Below, in pieces: positions 27,851 to 42,900 of a stretch of 64,000 bases of DNA. The notes below the pieces were generated by a model. That model was not told where the DNA came from and did not search any database. It saw only the letters and a list, made by a program, of their open reading frames with translations. Both the position numbers and the translations under genes were made by a program. The DNA lies in assembly GCA_964304625.1 (NCBI GenBank), contig OZ199839.1, forward strand, positions 821,616-885,615. The letters are read 5' to 3'. Source of the DNA: Kudoa neothunni (lineage: Eukaryota > Animalia > Cnidaria). Positions within the stretch are counted from its first letter, which is position 1; every line of letters begins with the position of its first letter.

Positions 27851-29633
27851 CCCTTGGAAGACGGAGCTTCAAAAACTAACGCGGGTTACGAAGACGAAGG
27901 GGGTGCCTCATGCATCCCAGAAAATTTTCATGTTATTGCACTTATGTGTCGAAACACGTCATTCCTTGTGTTTGGTAATTACTCTTACATTAAAAAACCC
28001 ACACAAAAGTAAAAATAATTTAGCTATATAGTAAGAAATACGCATTTAACTGATAATCATGATTCACGAAACAAACGACGCATCAGTTATATATTCGACA
28101 GGAGTATATTTTGCAACAAAATAAAACTCCAAATGAACTATTAGAGGAGTCAACGTTCAGCTTCAATGATTTTTTCGCAATTCTATCGTACCGCCAGCAA
28201 ATTAATTAAGCGGTTGTAGATTACCGATTATTCTCGTTAATCTCATAGATGAATATTGAGATTAATTTGGAAAGAATTTCTATTTAAATCAGTAAATCAA
28301 CTTTTAAATATAATTTTAAATTTAATAATTGGATAAGAAAAAATATTCACTATTGAGAAATAGTTAAGGAAAACAATTACATGTGTATGTATACACTTAA
28401 CTGAACGATAGTAATAAGTATTTTTGAGTTATTTGCATTATTACCTCTCACGCCATTTAAGTTATTGTTGACTGTTGTTTTATTAGTTAAATTGAGTTTT
28501 TAACACAAAATGAAATCCCGCGAATGAATATGTCAATTAAAAAACTTGTATATATTAATTATCATAATTTTTTCGCTTTATAAATTTCGTCATATTCTCC
28601 ACATAAATGAATATCTTACACTCAAATAATGTTTACCCCCAAAGTAATCCGCAATATAAATAGATATATTGATGTTAACTTATTCTAAATGTTTGTTTTT
28701 TATTTAATGAGAACGACATAAGTATTTTGTTGAATTTTTATGGCGAGAACCTGGCCTTTTTGTCAATATTTCTTGAACACTGAGTGTATCTTCACTGTAC
28801 TAGGATTAAAATTATTTCTTTAGAAATAAATTTTGGGTCGTCCCTCATGTATTTGTTAAATAATACCAATTTAATTTTAATATGAGAATAATGAATATTT
28901 CCTAAATTTCGATGACTCAAAATATTTGATTTGATGAATTTCACTGTAAGTTCTAAAAAAAATATTCTCACCAATTTCGATCACCTGTTCACCACTCTGG
29001 AAACGTTGATACACACATTATACAAGCGTTAAATGCTGGTACATTGGTGAGATCCATAAACGTCCTGAAGTAGCAGCTTCTCGTTATACAAACACAACTG
29101 TATCGTTGCGCTATTCGATCACCACTGTCAAACCCTTCTAGGTTTGATGCTAGTCGCTAATAATCTCATAGTCGTTTTTGTATGATTGCTCAATAGCATT
29201 ATCATGTAAATCTGTTGACGGTAGAAAAATATACGTACCCAAATAACAAAAATAACTAATCGCGTGTATCTTAAATTAATCCAAAAGTAATCCCATCGCC
29301 CATCGGACTCTGTCGGCTTACATTTAAAAGTATGATTTTTTGGGGTTCTCAAAGATTTATTTTGATCCTACTGAGTGGTGTTAATGTGGAAATTAATTTT
29401 ACATTGTAGAGTAATCATTGCGTATCTTTTTAATGATATTTCAACTTGACGTGAATCCTCTCTTTTAAAGAATTATATTAAGTCAATTTCTTTCAAACTG
29501 AATAATCTGATCTGAATTTTTTTAAATAAAACAATGAATTTTATTGAAAGATGTCGCTGAATATAGGGTCGAGATTTAATTTTTAAAAATCCAAAAATTG
29601 GCTGCATAATGCACCCCTTTCGTCCCGGGAGGG
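27851..29633 (-). mobile_element. Decayed piggyBac of a different family
   Basis: TTAA|CCCTTGGAAGACG...CGTCCCGGGAGGG|TTAG; palindromes GGGTGCCTCATGCATCC and GGCTGCATAATGCACCCC; minus-strand remnant resembling the post-catalytic D..Y..R..F.DL..FNA region near 28940-29120. Confidence 0.7.
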
Positions 29634-30243
29634 TTAGAGTACATATGAATACAGAAAAGGTTGAATGAAGATAATCGGAGTCAACGAATATTAATTGAAT
29701 TACTAATTATTGATATTGTAATAAAAAATTAGCTAAATATCACAATATAGTTGTTTGCAAGTATAAGAATACAAAGCATAGGTTTTAGTATTTTACGTTG
29801 TAATAGTAACACAATTTATCGTGTTTTATAGTAGAGATTAAATAATAGCAAAGCATAAATTTTAATTGATCACATTAAAAACAAAAATTAATCTATAAAT
29901 TTAATCGTTTCTAAGATAACCTCGGGATCAATTGATTGGGTTATTTATTGTGAAGCAACTTTCAATCAAAGCCTTGTCCATATAAACACATGATGTAGTG
30001 TTGGTTGAATATTTGCTGATTACAGCTCTTGATCAGTATCAACAATGTATCAACCAGTAGTAGTACATTGTCAGGTGCAAATTGTTGCCTAGATAGCTCC
30101 GGAAACAGTCGCCGAATAGGAACTGAAGATTATAACAATTGTCGTAAGCGACAGCTTTAAATAAGGTTCGGAGTCCGCTTATTGCTTGGTTCTCATTGGT
30201 TATCCATTTTATATAAAAAAACTAACGACAACAAGCTACAGTA

Positions 30244-31089
30244 ATGTCAGCGAAGAAAAAGATCCTCTTGAAAGTTATCTTATTGGGAGATAGTGGGTAA
30301 TTTAAATGTGATCGATAGTGGGGATGTTATTATTGATCTTTTTAATTTTAAATACGCACAGTGTTGGAAAAACTTCGCTTATGAATCAATACGTGAATAG
30401 CAATTTCAGCAGCCAATACAAAGCTACAATTGGCGCAGACTTTCTCACAAAGGAAGTCACAGTTGATGATCGTGTCGTGACGTTACAAGTAGATTTTCTA
30501 ATTTTGTTGTTGTTTTTCACATACTATCTTTTATCCACCTCTTTATACCGACACACAGTTTAACTTCGCTATTTAGATATGGGATACAGCTGGTCAAGAG
30601 CGTTTTCAAAGTCTCGGCGTGGCTTTTTATCGTGGCGCTGATTGCTGTGTACTAACCTATGATGTGACCAATGAATCGTCGTTTAAAAGTCTCGATCGTT
30701 GGAGAGACGAATTCCTAATACAATCCAGCCCAAAAGATCCAGAAAATTTCCCTTTTGTTCTTATTGGCAATAAAGTGGATATCGATGATAGAGCTGTAAT
30801 CCAATATTCTATTTGTTGGTGTTGTTTGTTTTTTGTGGGATTGATCGACTTCAATATAATATTTTAGGTTACCACCAAAAAGGCTGAAGCTTGGTGCCAA
30901 TCTAGAAATTCGATGACCTATTATGAAACTAGCGCCAAAGAAAATGTCAATGTTGACCAAGCATTCACAACAGTAGCTAGGAAAGCTCTTAAACATGACG
31001 CCGACAACCCCACCGATTACAACGACTTTCCCGACCCCATAGAACTAAATGCGCGACCCCAACCCACCGAGAATAAGTCATGCTGTTGA
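30244..31089 (+). CDS. RAB7: Ras-related protein Rab-7, 4 coding exons
   Basis: [18 protein letters not shown]|[27 protein letters not shown]|[44 protein letters not shown]; C-terminal SCC prenylation motif, then TGA. Confidence 0.98.
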
Positions 31090-32112
31090 GTTTGCAAGTT
31101 GGGGATGGATGTGTACATTTTTAGTGCATCGAGTTCAACCAGCAAAACATTTCTGCAGCAACTGCCAAGAATGGTTATAATTTTTAAACAATTAAACTTT
31201 CATGGAATTTCATATTGTTTGGAGTTTACATTAACTCACTTATTTTTCCTGCTGATTCCTCTGTAGTTCGCAGATTGGTTTTGAGTCAGCATCATAAATC
31301 ATTCGACTGTTTTGCGCGAATTTTTATCGTTCTATTGGCAAAATATTTCAAAGCATTTTACACAGTTTATACAGTGGGCGGTGACTTGTACTACATAATA
31401 TCCAAGGGAAAGCTGCCAAATAGATAGCACCGGGCTCATGTGGGAGTATATTTATGCTGCTCGTGCGATTGCATAAAAATCCAAATTTACCCTCTAAGGA
31501 TTTCGGGGTGAGATGCATTATCCAACATTATTCTTCGTTAATTATTCATTCAAAAAATGTTGATTGTTCATTATGAATTCTATCTTGGCTCGTTCTATTA
31601 AAAGAATCAATCAAGATAAAATACAATGTAGTTACATTTTTTTAATTTTAAAATAAATTGTTTTATATTTTTTTAAATATATTTAATCCTTAAACATCTG
31701 AGGAAAAAGTTACATGGGGAACATTTATCAAAATAATAAAAATCATTGCATTTCAGGATAAGAATCTAATTATTTGCGGTATTATTTACATTATAACATA
31801 TAATAAATTTAATATAAATATGTTAATGATGCATTTTTTGACGTTTATTTGCACAAATGCGAAGAATAGAAATAATTATGCTTGTATATATTTTAAATAG
31901 CTCGAAAAATTAGCGGTAGACTGTATTATTATTTATTATTATTATTATTATTATTGTAACAGCTAAGGTTTTGTTTTATTCTCAAAATCCATGATCTTAT
32001 TATGAAATCTCTTCTCCTGTTGACAGAAATATGTTAAATATGTAAATTCGTACTTTATAACTTGAAATTTGGCATTATAAATTAATTTATTAATAAAATA
32101 TGTATATATACA

Positions 32113-33215
32113 CTAGTTGGAACTGTCCAGCGTTGCTTGGGGAAGATTTCGCATAGATACGCTTATTAATAAGATTCACAAAATATATTGATGTCGTGAG
32201 TTAACCCGTAGAAGAAAAATAACTAAAAAATTTTAAGCGTCATATATTAATGATTTAGATTGACGAAATTTAAATTATGACCATTTCTGTGAAGGTATGT
32301 ATCGATCCCGGCACCAACGCTAAATAATTTTAGGTTGGCGTCATTTTTTTCTACATTCCCGAATTATTTAAACTACCTTAAGGTGTTGTCTAAAATTGTA
32401 TTTGTTGGTCCGTTGATTTTTCAAGGCCGATTCTGACCTTACTCAAAAAGTTTTTGTCATGCTTTTCTGGGGAGGCAAAAAAGATATAAAAAATAGAAGA
32501 TAATTTACGATAATTTATTTTGAATGCTCAAGTTATTATCCCTTGTCCCGACGTGAACATTAACTAATGCATTATTTCTCACGTATAGTTTCAAGTCGAG
32601 TAAATATCAACATAAATAATTTATATAATTAAGAGGGGGTAAGATTATAACCATCTGCATTGAATTTAATCACTGAAAGTTCAACTTAGCGGGTAAATTC
32701 AATAAGATCTACAGACATGGTACTTGTATTATAAATCTTAAATCTATCTGATTACAGAATTCCTTACTAAATCGCTATTAATGATGCAAAACACAGACTT
32801 TTTCTTATATTTTAAAATATTCGAAAAAGTCATATACCTTAAAACTCCCGACAAAAGAAGTGTATTTATATAGAACCCCAAGTATACACGCCAACATTAT
32901 ATAAAAAGACAGATGATATCGCTTAATTTAAATTTGATAAAGTATATTAGGAGGAAAGTTAACTTCAACCAACCATCAGCAGGTCATAACAAGATGTTAA
33001 TCCCATTGTTGAACCCAAGTAATCCGTTTAACAAACTTTGGATTGACAAAATCACCATTTTCTAACACACTTCTAGGAATATTTGGTCGTGTGAAAATTA
33101 TTTATAGATTTATAGATTTTTTGAAACTTTGTGATTTTTAAAAAATTTCATTAATGTCTCTCTATAAGGAAAAAATTTTGACGTACACAGACTTCAGCTT
33201 TATATATATAGTAGA
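32113..33215 (-). mobile_element. Non-autonomous Helitron
   Basis: Minus strand A|TCTACTATATATATAAAGCTGAAG 5' end; 3' hairpin CCAAGCAACGCTGG then CTAG|T; inserted in an A|T dinucleotide with no TSD. A related 5' fragment TATATAAAGCTGAAG occurs at ~46717. Confidence 0.8.
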
Positions 33216-33304
33216 TGGTAGATATATCTGAGAATTTTTAATTTGTGATAAAGTAGTCTAAACTTAACAAAATTATTATATACGCAATTCACATGTCAAA
33301 TTAG

Positions 33305-34430
33305 CCCTCTAATCATTAGAGTCTAATGGTATATCTTTTTATACAGTGAACCAATAACTAATAGATTGCAGTTATTCTTCTAAAAAAATTTTATCGTTGG
33401 TTTGATGGAAATTTGTATCGAGAAATTATTGTATAAGTTTTAATTTGTATTTTATCTTGAAATGATCCTTGGGGTAAAATTTACCCCATGGTTTTTTCGA
33501 TTAAAAATATTTCAAAAAATGTAAATCACTTTAAACATGAATATAATAAAAATCCTATGTGTAGTTTTTGTAGAAAGTAAGGAAATGTTTGATAAATTAA
33601 TTAAAACGCATGCGCGAATTATATGAAAATGTGGGATTCTAAATATTTCATTGATGAACTTTATTTAGTAGTGAATGAACATCATGTTGTTGACGGAAAT
33701 ATCTTCTCATCGATGTTTTCGATTAAAAATTGTTGGAAAAAATTGACCATAGAATCATTACGCCAAAAACTAGAGATACCACCACGCCTCCAATCATCAC
33801 TAAATAGAAGTAGAGCCCGTTTTAGCAGGATTTTTATATTCCATGAAAAGTATATATTGGTATCTTATGTTCCCAATAGATCAAAATACGTGGTTTCCTT
33901 AAAGAAATTGTAGAACAATTAAACAATACAATAAAGAGGTCTCGGCATTGTTTATGCAATCAACAGGAATCTCCTCTTAATGCTAAGCGAGAAACATGTG
34001 GATACAGTGAGAGGAAAAATGATAAAAAATCGAAATGATGCGAAAATTGTTATAAGTTTTATTGTCCAATTCACCCATTTAAAAACTGTTTTTAACTTCG
34101 AATAACTTTCAAGAATTCTTTTTATGTTTTGTTTTAATATTTCAACTGGCGTAACACATTTGTTTCCGCTGAATTAACGCAATTACTTTATTAATAAACA
34201 TCGATGTGTACCGACATAAGGCGGACCTTATACGAAACCGATTATCGCGTGGATTACGTCAAAATTTAATATGCATTTGCCAGTGTTTCATCCATAGAAA
34301 TTAAAAATTATTCTACAATATTGATTATTAGATTTTTTAAAGTGTTATAATTCAAAAAAATGTGGGGTAAAATTTCCCCCAAAGTATTCCATTCCATTAC
34401 ACGTTCCTCGTTTTTAGGATAATTAGAGGG
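33305..34430 (+). mobile_element. Internally deleted piggyBac
   Basis: TTAG|CCCTCTAAT...ATTAGAGGG|TTTA; GGGGTAAAATTTACCCC (33471) and GGGGTAAAATTTCCCCC (~34364); ORF 33623-33913 FSRIFIFHEKYILVSYVPN matches the intact copy's FSTMFIFFDKYMITSYVN; degenerate Cys-rich tail. Confidence 0.8.
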
Positions 34431-34824
34431 TTTAAATTAGTTAACAGAAACAAGTTGTTATAGAAACAAAAAAATTCCTTGCCTCAAAGTCAAAGTATAT
34501 CTGTAATTTTTGCTATACTGCAGGGAAGCTTTTTGATATATTTTAACTATCTAAATGTTATTATTTATACGGTGGCCATGTTCAGGTATGTGTGTAACTT
34601 TTTTTGATTTTAAGCAAAAACATTCAAATTAAACTCCATTATTTCTTTACTTTTAAAAGCACCATTATACTATAAAATACACGTAGGGAAAAAAAGGAAA
34701 TAAAATATTCTGTAAAAGTTATTGATATGTTAAACACTGATTGGCCACCTCCAGGAATTCGAGGGTTAAAAAAACTCTGGGGTGAATCACACCCCAAAAT
34801 CTTTGGAGGCAATTCATTTTTTGA

Positions 34825-36490
34825 TACCTTAGAGCCGCAGTTCTCAAAATGGGTTCCATTGAACAAGGGTGGGGGTTCTAAAAAGTTACAATGAAAGACA
34901 ACATTTAATCATAATATAAGAAATTGGTATGGATCATATAAAGTCAGCGAATTTCCATTTATAGCTAGACTTGGCAACGCTGGTGATAGGTGACTTTTGT
35001 CGGTTAACTACGCGTCAACGCACCATCAGGAGGAGTGTGCTGCTTTGTTATTAACATAAGTATTTTTTCTATTTATAAAATTATTTTGACTACTTTTAAA
35101 TCCCTACAATGGATCAACGTTAAACAAGAATATACAAAACAATATCATTTAAAGAAGACAGAAATAAGTGAACTTGCAAATGAACTATCTGCAAACACTA
35201 GTTCGGAAAACAAGGAATATGTTCCAATCTTCTGTATTTTTTCAATTATTTTCTTTATTATAAGATGTATTTGCTAATCCATTTTCGATGTGTTACAAAT
35301 AAAATATTTTTTTATATTGTAAGTCTCAACCTCTTAAGGTTTGTTAAACTAACCTTAATGTGTTAATTTAGATAAGAGTTTCAATAGATTTAATACTAGC
35401 GCATAACCTCTGGCTTTGCTCAGGTTGTTGAAAAACACTTTTACCTTTAAAATGAAATTAAAATAGAGCTATATGTAGTCCGCAAAAGATTGGTCAAAAA
35501 AATTAAAAACTATCAATATTCTACATTCTACACGCAGGTTTTATTTTTCATAAAATGAAGAAATCGACGCCTATCAAAAATGGCTTGGGCGTTTTGAGGA
35601 TTAAATAATTAGAATAATAAGTAAAGTTAATTCCCAGCATAAATTTTTTAAATCAAATGAATTTAGCCCTATTTTTCATATTTAATAAAATCGCCCGTTG
35701 AAAATTTAAAGCGAACCTTATTTATTAAAAGCTATTTTTATCTTGGTGTAAGAAAGACTCCTCCTTAGATTTTTTAAGCCGAAACATACCTGTATTTGAT
35801 AAAAGTCGTTAATCAAAGAAAAATCTTTAAAAGAAAGATCACTTTTTATATTAAAATGAAACATTCGTAGCACATCTTTTAAAAAATACACCCGTTAGCT
35901 TCTATAAAATCCACGAAAGTAAATTAAGCTTAATATGATTATGTATATATTATTTAAAAGTATACTAACCATTTTGTATACAGTTTATTGATGATCTACG
36001 AACAATTCTAGTTCTCTCACACGCGTATTTTTAAAAATATGATTCTATTTAACCTTTATATTCCAACCCATTGAGTTACATTAATTATTTGTTATAATGT
36101 TAAACGTATTATAAGGAAAAAAATGTGACATAAATGTACACAAGTTAGTAAAATTAACCATTTAAATTTATTTGAACATATTTTGGCCGAGTTAATCCAC
36201 TAAATGACGGTTTTAATCCCCCTTTAACGCTGATAAAAAATTTAAATTAGCTATATATCCTAGAATAAAAATACTATAAATCTACAACATTCATAAGTTG
36301 TAATATTTTAATTGTTTAAATATATTAACACAATTAACAGTTTATGTATATGCATCTGCCAAGAAAAAAGATTCTCCGCATATGTGCACTTGCTAAAACG
36401 AAATAACCCACACACCAACACTATTATTTTAAATATATAGAGTAGATAATGTAAAAGGGTTCCATTGCATAAAAAGTTTGAGCAACATTG
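34825..36490 (+). mobile_element. Possible Charlie/Buster-type hAT relic
   Basis: CCGCAGTTCTCAAAATGGGTTCC at left; GGGTTCC...AAAAAGTTTGAGCAACATTG at right; flanks CCTTAGAG/CCATATGG only partly match; remnant resembling the hAT C-terminal YLCE.GFS near 36350. Confidence 0.4.
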
Positions 36491-36923
36491 CCATATGGGA
36501 TTAATTTGGAACCTAAATTAAACGAGGTTAACTTATTATTGAATAAATATAAGCAACACTGGTTTCAGATTTAAAATTAAGAGGAAAATTGTTATGTAAA
36601 ATGACTAATTAACTATCTTCCAGTGACTAGATCTCAATTAATTTCACCACTCCCACATTAATACGCAATAAAAATGATAATAAAAACTGTTAAATGTGGA
36701 CAAGTTCTTGTCATTAATATTAATAGGTTGGTGAAAGCTGCCTACTATCATTTTGAATGTGTGACATAATTTTGCCAAATAATGTTACAATTTTAAAATT
36801 TCTGGCATAAGAATAAAGAATAAAACGAACACTATGCAAGACATTTTATTATTATGCCAAGCGATTATTCGGCGCAAAAAATATCCAATCTCAATATAAA
36901 TCTATAAAAAATCGAATGAAATT

Positions 36924-39900
36924 TTATTTGGCCTGTTCTACAGTAGAATTCAGCAAACATTCCGGACAAGAAATCTAAAGTAATGTTTCCATATTAAATA
37001 ATATAGATATGTAGGGGGCTACTTTATTGTCAGTAATAGAAGTTGAAGCAGAGTTGTTTTGTTTAAGACAATCCTGATGGAAGCAGTGACCACAAAAGAA
37101 ACTGATAGAACAGTCAACACAATGCATATCTAAAATAGAGAACTATGGATTTTAAAGAAGCGATAAAGGTTACCATTGTAACAAATGAGACAATTGCAAA
37201 TGGAACAAACATCATTCTCTGTATTTGAAAAAATTATTACATGGAAACTCATGAATTACGATTAATTGATAGTCCTTGATTGATTTTCTTGTAGTAGTTG
37301 TTGAAAGAGGTGATACTAAATGAAATCAAGATAGATTTCGTTAATATAACAGTTGATGAGAATGTAATATACCTTTCATTTTTCATGATTTCACAACACA
37401 AATGATTGAGTTCAACGCGGAGCGAATAATCCCTCATTATTTTTTTAAGCGATTCATTCAGATTGGGAATGGTGAAACCGGAGGGAATTTTCTGGATTTT
37501 ATTTAAATGGTAAAAAAGTTAGATGAGTGTGATTTAGTGCTTTAAATTACATTTAATAATTTGACGATATTTAGCGAATAGCCAATGCTTTCAATGAGTA
37601 TTTTAATTTTTTGAGGCGACTCAATACAATGGTTCAGCAAAATGTTCCACAAATCTTCGTCTTCAACTCGTTTACAAATATCTATAGCCTAATGGAAGAG
37701 TTGATTAGTTGATTAATAATTTAGTGATATATTATTATCGGCATTTAAATATCTAAAAATACACAATTGGGAGTAATTACCATTTCAAGATTTTGCAATT
37801 TATTCGCAACGGTTTCAAGAGCTGTAACATGGTTCCCCACAATTTCGTACAAATACACTAATTCCGGGTAGAGTTGATGAGTTTCACACAGTTCTGTCGT
37901 TTTTATCACATCGTAATTGGTGCTTTGACGCAAAAGTTCGATCAAATTTGCTTCTTTAAATTCGATGTATAGGCTAATGAGTAAATCAGTGTATGAATTA
38001 ATATTTGGATGGTTGGTTGTGTGAAGTTGTTTCAAAAACTAATGAAATATTAGAGTATTATTTCTATGTATAAACTAAATACTTTAAGAAGAAGAGATCT
38101 TTGGTCAACCTTGAGAGTTTCCACAACATTATGAATCTATTAAATAAAGAAATATTTATATATTTATATTTTCGGTTAAAACTTTAATTTTTTATTAGTT
38201 TTTTTAATGTAATTACTTGAATTGTTTGACTATTGTTGGTGATAATATCTGTAAATTTCTACAATATTTTAAAACATACACGAAAGAACGAATAAATAGT
38301 TTGCATACGGTGAAGTCGATATTGAAAAATGAGGACAAATTTTTCACAAGATATGGTGAGCCAATATCTTCAATGTGGTTTTCCAAAATGGTGAAACATT
38401 TTTCCGAATTTATACTATAATAAAATAATAGATTGTATTTATTATATGAGGTTGTAATCATAAACCCCCTACCTAATGTAAAGATCCAAAGAGTCGATAT
38501 ATCTTTTGCTGAGTTGGTATCTAATCGTTACCTATAATGAATCCTGCGCTAATGCAATACAAACGTACACAAATGCCAGCAAATTGGATATCTTAATATA
38601 GTCCTCTGAGTGTGTATCGGCTGAGAAGCATGTATTTCTCACACTTTCCAAGGATGTGCAAAGATTTTTCATGTTAAAGCAGTTGCTGCAATGATATTTT
38701 AAAATAAAATCATTCAGATACTAATAAATCAGTCAAAAATTGACAAAACAGTCTTTCAACGTATATACCTGAATATTTGAGCTGGATTGGGGGATAGCGT
38801 CGATAAAATATTGGATTATATTTTGATAAGTTTCTGGCTTCAGTTGACATTCTTCATAGGGTTTTAATTTTTCGCACAAAACCTACAATGAAACAATCGG
38901 ATATTTCACCAATCATAGCGTAGTAGTAGTAGTAGTAGTAGTCAGTTACGTGTAGTTGTTTTTTACTGATGAAATGATTGATAACTACTTCCCAAGTGTT
39001 GATATCATTGGCGGCAATCACATCAATATTTCTATTAGAATAAAAATCTTTAAAATCAACCACCAATCAATAAGCAATCTATTAACTACTGAGAAATAAG
39101 TTCGCAGTTGTCGTTATTTAGATTATGAAAAAGGAATTTTCTCTTAATTTCTTCAAGACTGTAATTTAGTATTTTCTTAGCGTTCGTTTTAGCGTAATCA
39201 AGAGCTCGTGTGTAGCATTCGTTTTCAAGCATCCATTCCACCACTTGGTCGCATGTCCGTGGCTAATAGTTAGAGTGGATAAATGGAATTAAAAATAAAG
39301 TGTACAAAAAATCTCACATTAGCAAACACTACACCATCGTTTGAAGCTATAATAAGAAAGCATTCTTTCGGAGAAAATCCAACTTTATACAGTGCATGTA
39401 ATATATATTTATGTTTATTCAAGAAAAGTTAATTACTTTTGAGTGATGATTTTGGTGATTTTTTAACTTCCAGTTTATCGAGACTGGAAATCTGGTATTC
39501 CTTTGAACTGCCGTCGCACGGTACAATAGCTTTAATAATGACATGTTCAGATTTAGATTCATCCTAAAGGTGAATCATTGAGACACAAATGAATAAACAT
39601 TGATCCAAATACTTTATCTGATGGGAGCAACCCAACGAAGTCAGGATCCGATATACAAATCTATAGCATAGTTGAATGGTACAGTTGAAAACATGAGGAG
39701 ATACTATTTGAGAATCTTTGTATCCGATTCCAATAATATTGTGATCCTCAAGTTTGAAATTATTTGCTAATATAAAATAAAACTAATTTAAGGTTATGTC
39801 TACTAACTTATCTCTACGAAATTCAGTGGAAGGGCCTTGGTAGATTCCAAAGCGGTGGGTTTGGTTGCTTCCCGTTGTTTGATTGAACAGAACTAAATCA

Positions 39901-42900
39901 TATTATGACAAATCAATTAAAAATACTAAAAATTCTATCAAAATAAATTAATTGTAATAAAGAAAAATTTTTTTAGATCAAAGTTTAAAATAAAACGAAG
40001 TTGAATTCAAGAATTTACGATTATTCAGATAACCTATTTTATGATGTTTAATAACTTCTCGTCCATAAAATTAAATTTTCAATAGTTGCATTTGCTTAAA
40101 TGAATCAATCTTAAACTCTGAATAAATAAAACGGTAGAATTAGCAGAATATATTAAATTTAAAGAAATAATCTTAGACAAAATAAAGAATAAAAATTAAC
40201 TACAATACTTATTTTAATATTACCTCATTTTAATATTATAATAATTTTTTATGATTGTTTACTGAATATTCCAAAAAAATTAAATTTATTATCATAGCAA
40301 CACATTAATTCCAAATACTTAATAAAATTGTTGAATAAAAATGTCGCTACAAGTCAGTGGTTTTTAATATTATAAATTAGAAGGTATTGTTTCCAGAAAT
40401 ACATTTTTTTTATTTCTATATATAAATATAAAGATAATATTACAAAATTATTCCAAGAAGCATATAAATTTAAAATATTATGAATAAAAAATTATTTGAT
40501 AAAATCAGTGCACATCTCGCAACTTCAATAAGGTTCGTGGTTGTTTTAAATGATAAAATTAGTTTCACAATCAATTTCAAATTACACAAAATATGAATAA
40601 AAAAAATAAAAATACTGACTTATTTTCTCCAGAAAAATACACTCACAGATTACTTTCACATTTGTACAATGTAGCACATATGCCAATGCAACATTTAAAT
40701 AAAAATATTTCTAGGTTAACTATTTATAAATTTTTCTTCGAAAATTTAAATTAAACATACAGTTCTTATATAAATTTGTATTATATCTGGACATATGCAT
40801 GTACGTATATTAAACCAAAATTAATTTCCGATTATTTAAAAAAGTATAGTACTCCTCCGTACGCGGTAATCGTGTGTAGCTTGGTAACTATGCATTATTT
40901 TTCCTCTAAGTCTCCAAACTTTTAGTTAATAGATATGCCAATATTTTTAATTCAAGTTTCAAAAGTTAAACTATTTTTCTTAATAAATAACAAAAATAAT
41001 TTATAAATTTAACGAAAAATTCTTTAAGTAGAAGTTTTAAAAAAATACGAGCGCGTATACCATCATTAATGTACGATTAACCGGAGCCTCGCTATCCTGG
41101 AAGAAAATCGTTGGTCCCAAATTTTCCGGATAATCAAGGTTGCACTGTAAAATACGTTAAAATATATTTATTTTAATTGATTTAAATTAGACAGAGGCTA
41201 TTGGCACGGTGAGATTTAATCCTAAACGGCATACACGCACTCGAAATTGGAAACACTTACTTACAGGCTGTTTAAAGATTTAATATTTTAGAATCCATTA
41301 TATTTAGTTATTTCTGATCTCCAATTGCAAAGCGACAAATCATAAATAAATTTAATCAAAAATGGCGACACTGGAATATTATTTACCATGCAGATAACCA
41401 CTTTCATTTAGTTATTAACGTTAATAAACATTAAACTAACAATAATGATAATTATTTTATTAGCTCATTTAAAAGTGAAATAATTCAGAAATAGATAAAA
41501 ATGGTTCAAAAAGTAGGATTATTAAATTCCAACGATGGTCTCTACGGTGCTCATACACATGATGTACAAAGATTACTAACAAGAAAAAATCAAAAAATCT
41601 CCAGTATAACTAATTCTTTCATATACTTTTTAAATTTAAACTATTATACATAATCATGACTATCAAACATAGTCATATCTAGTTAAAGGTGCGCATTTGC
41701 AATAATATTTCAAAATTTCTCGAATTTCCAATTGGATATAATTAACAAATTTTTACTCTAATTAATTAATTAAATAATTAAATAAATATATATTATATAA
41801 ATATATTAAATAAATATTGTAGAAAAAATCACTACGCCACCAAGTCAGGTATGTCTAAATGAAAACCCCAAAAAATATCAAGAAAATTATTAGGTAATTA
41901 TGGTTGAACGCTTTAATCAAAAGTTGACGATGTGCAACCTATATAATATATAATGTACAAGGGGCATTAAAAATTGAATGAATATAAACACCATTAAGTT
42001 TATTATTGAATTCACTTGCACACTATCCTAAATAAAGTATTAATATCATCAGATAAATTAATTTTCTCTGACTCAAAGTTCAGTTAAAACGTATTCGATT
42101 TAATTAGGTGTATTCCATTTGAGTTAGATATTAAAATTCAAAATTATTCTAATGCCAATATTGTAAGCAATATAACCAAGCGGTAATACAAATTACCATT
42201 TCAAGTGTATTATGGCGGCAATACCAATTAAACCTACTATCCATAAAAATAACCACTACGACAATGAATAACTTTTAATATTTTAAATTTCCATTACTAA
42301 TATAAATGAATTAATTATGGATACTTTAAATAGACGATTGTGCTATCGTTAAGTAAAATTACTTTTATGCTGTTGCCATAAGAGACAAGAAAGCGGTCCT
42401 GGTCTATCCAATGAATGCAATATTTTGTCAGCAATGTTTTGGAAGTACTAAATATCAATCAAATTAACCATCTTTGGATTGTATCGGTTACAGGTTTTCC
42501 TGAAATGGTATGTGACTGATCCATTCTCTGGTTTCAACGTTGTACACGCCAGCTCCCTATACAAATACAAATGGTTAGTTTAGATGATGGGGGGGCTGAT
42601 TTAACAATTTAATTATAATATTAATACTCACAGTATTGTTCGTCCATGAGAGAAATTTGCCAAACCAAGACATAAGATTTATGGGGGAATCGCTAATATG
42701 GATATTGATTCTTTTTTCGTTCAACCAAAACTTTTGATATAGCAAAATCTAGCGGAAACAGATATATAAAGATCATTATAATTACAAACAATACTCTTTG
42801 GTTGGCACTGACAGCAATAGATTTGGGACTTGACTTTGCAATTTGAGGACATACAGCAACGGCCTATACACATACATACCCACATAACGACAACAACAAT

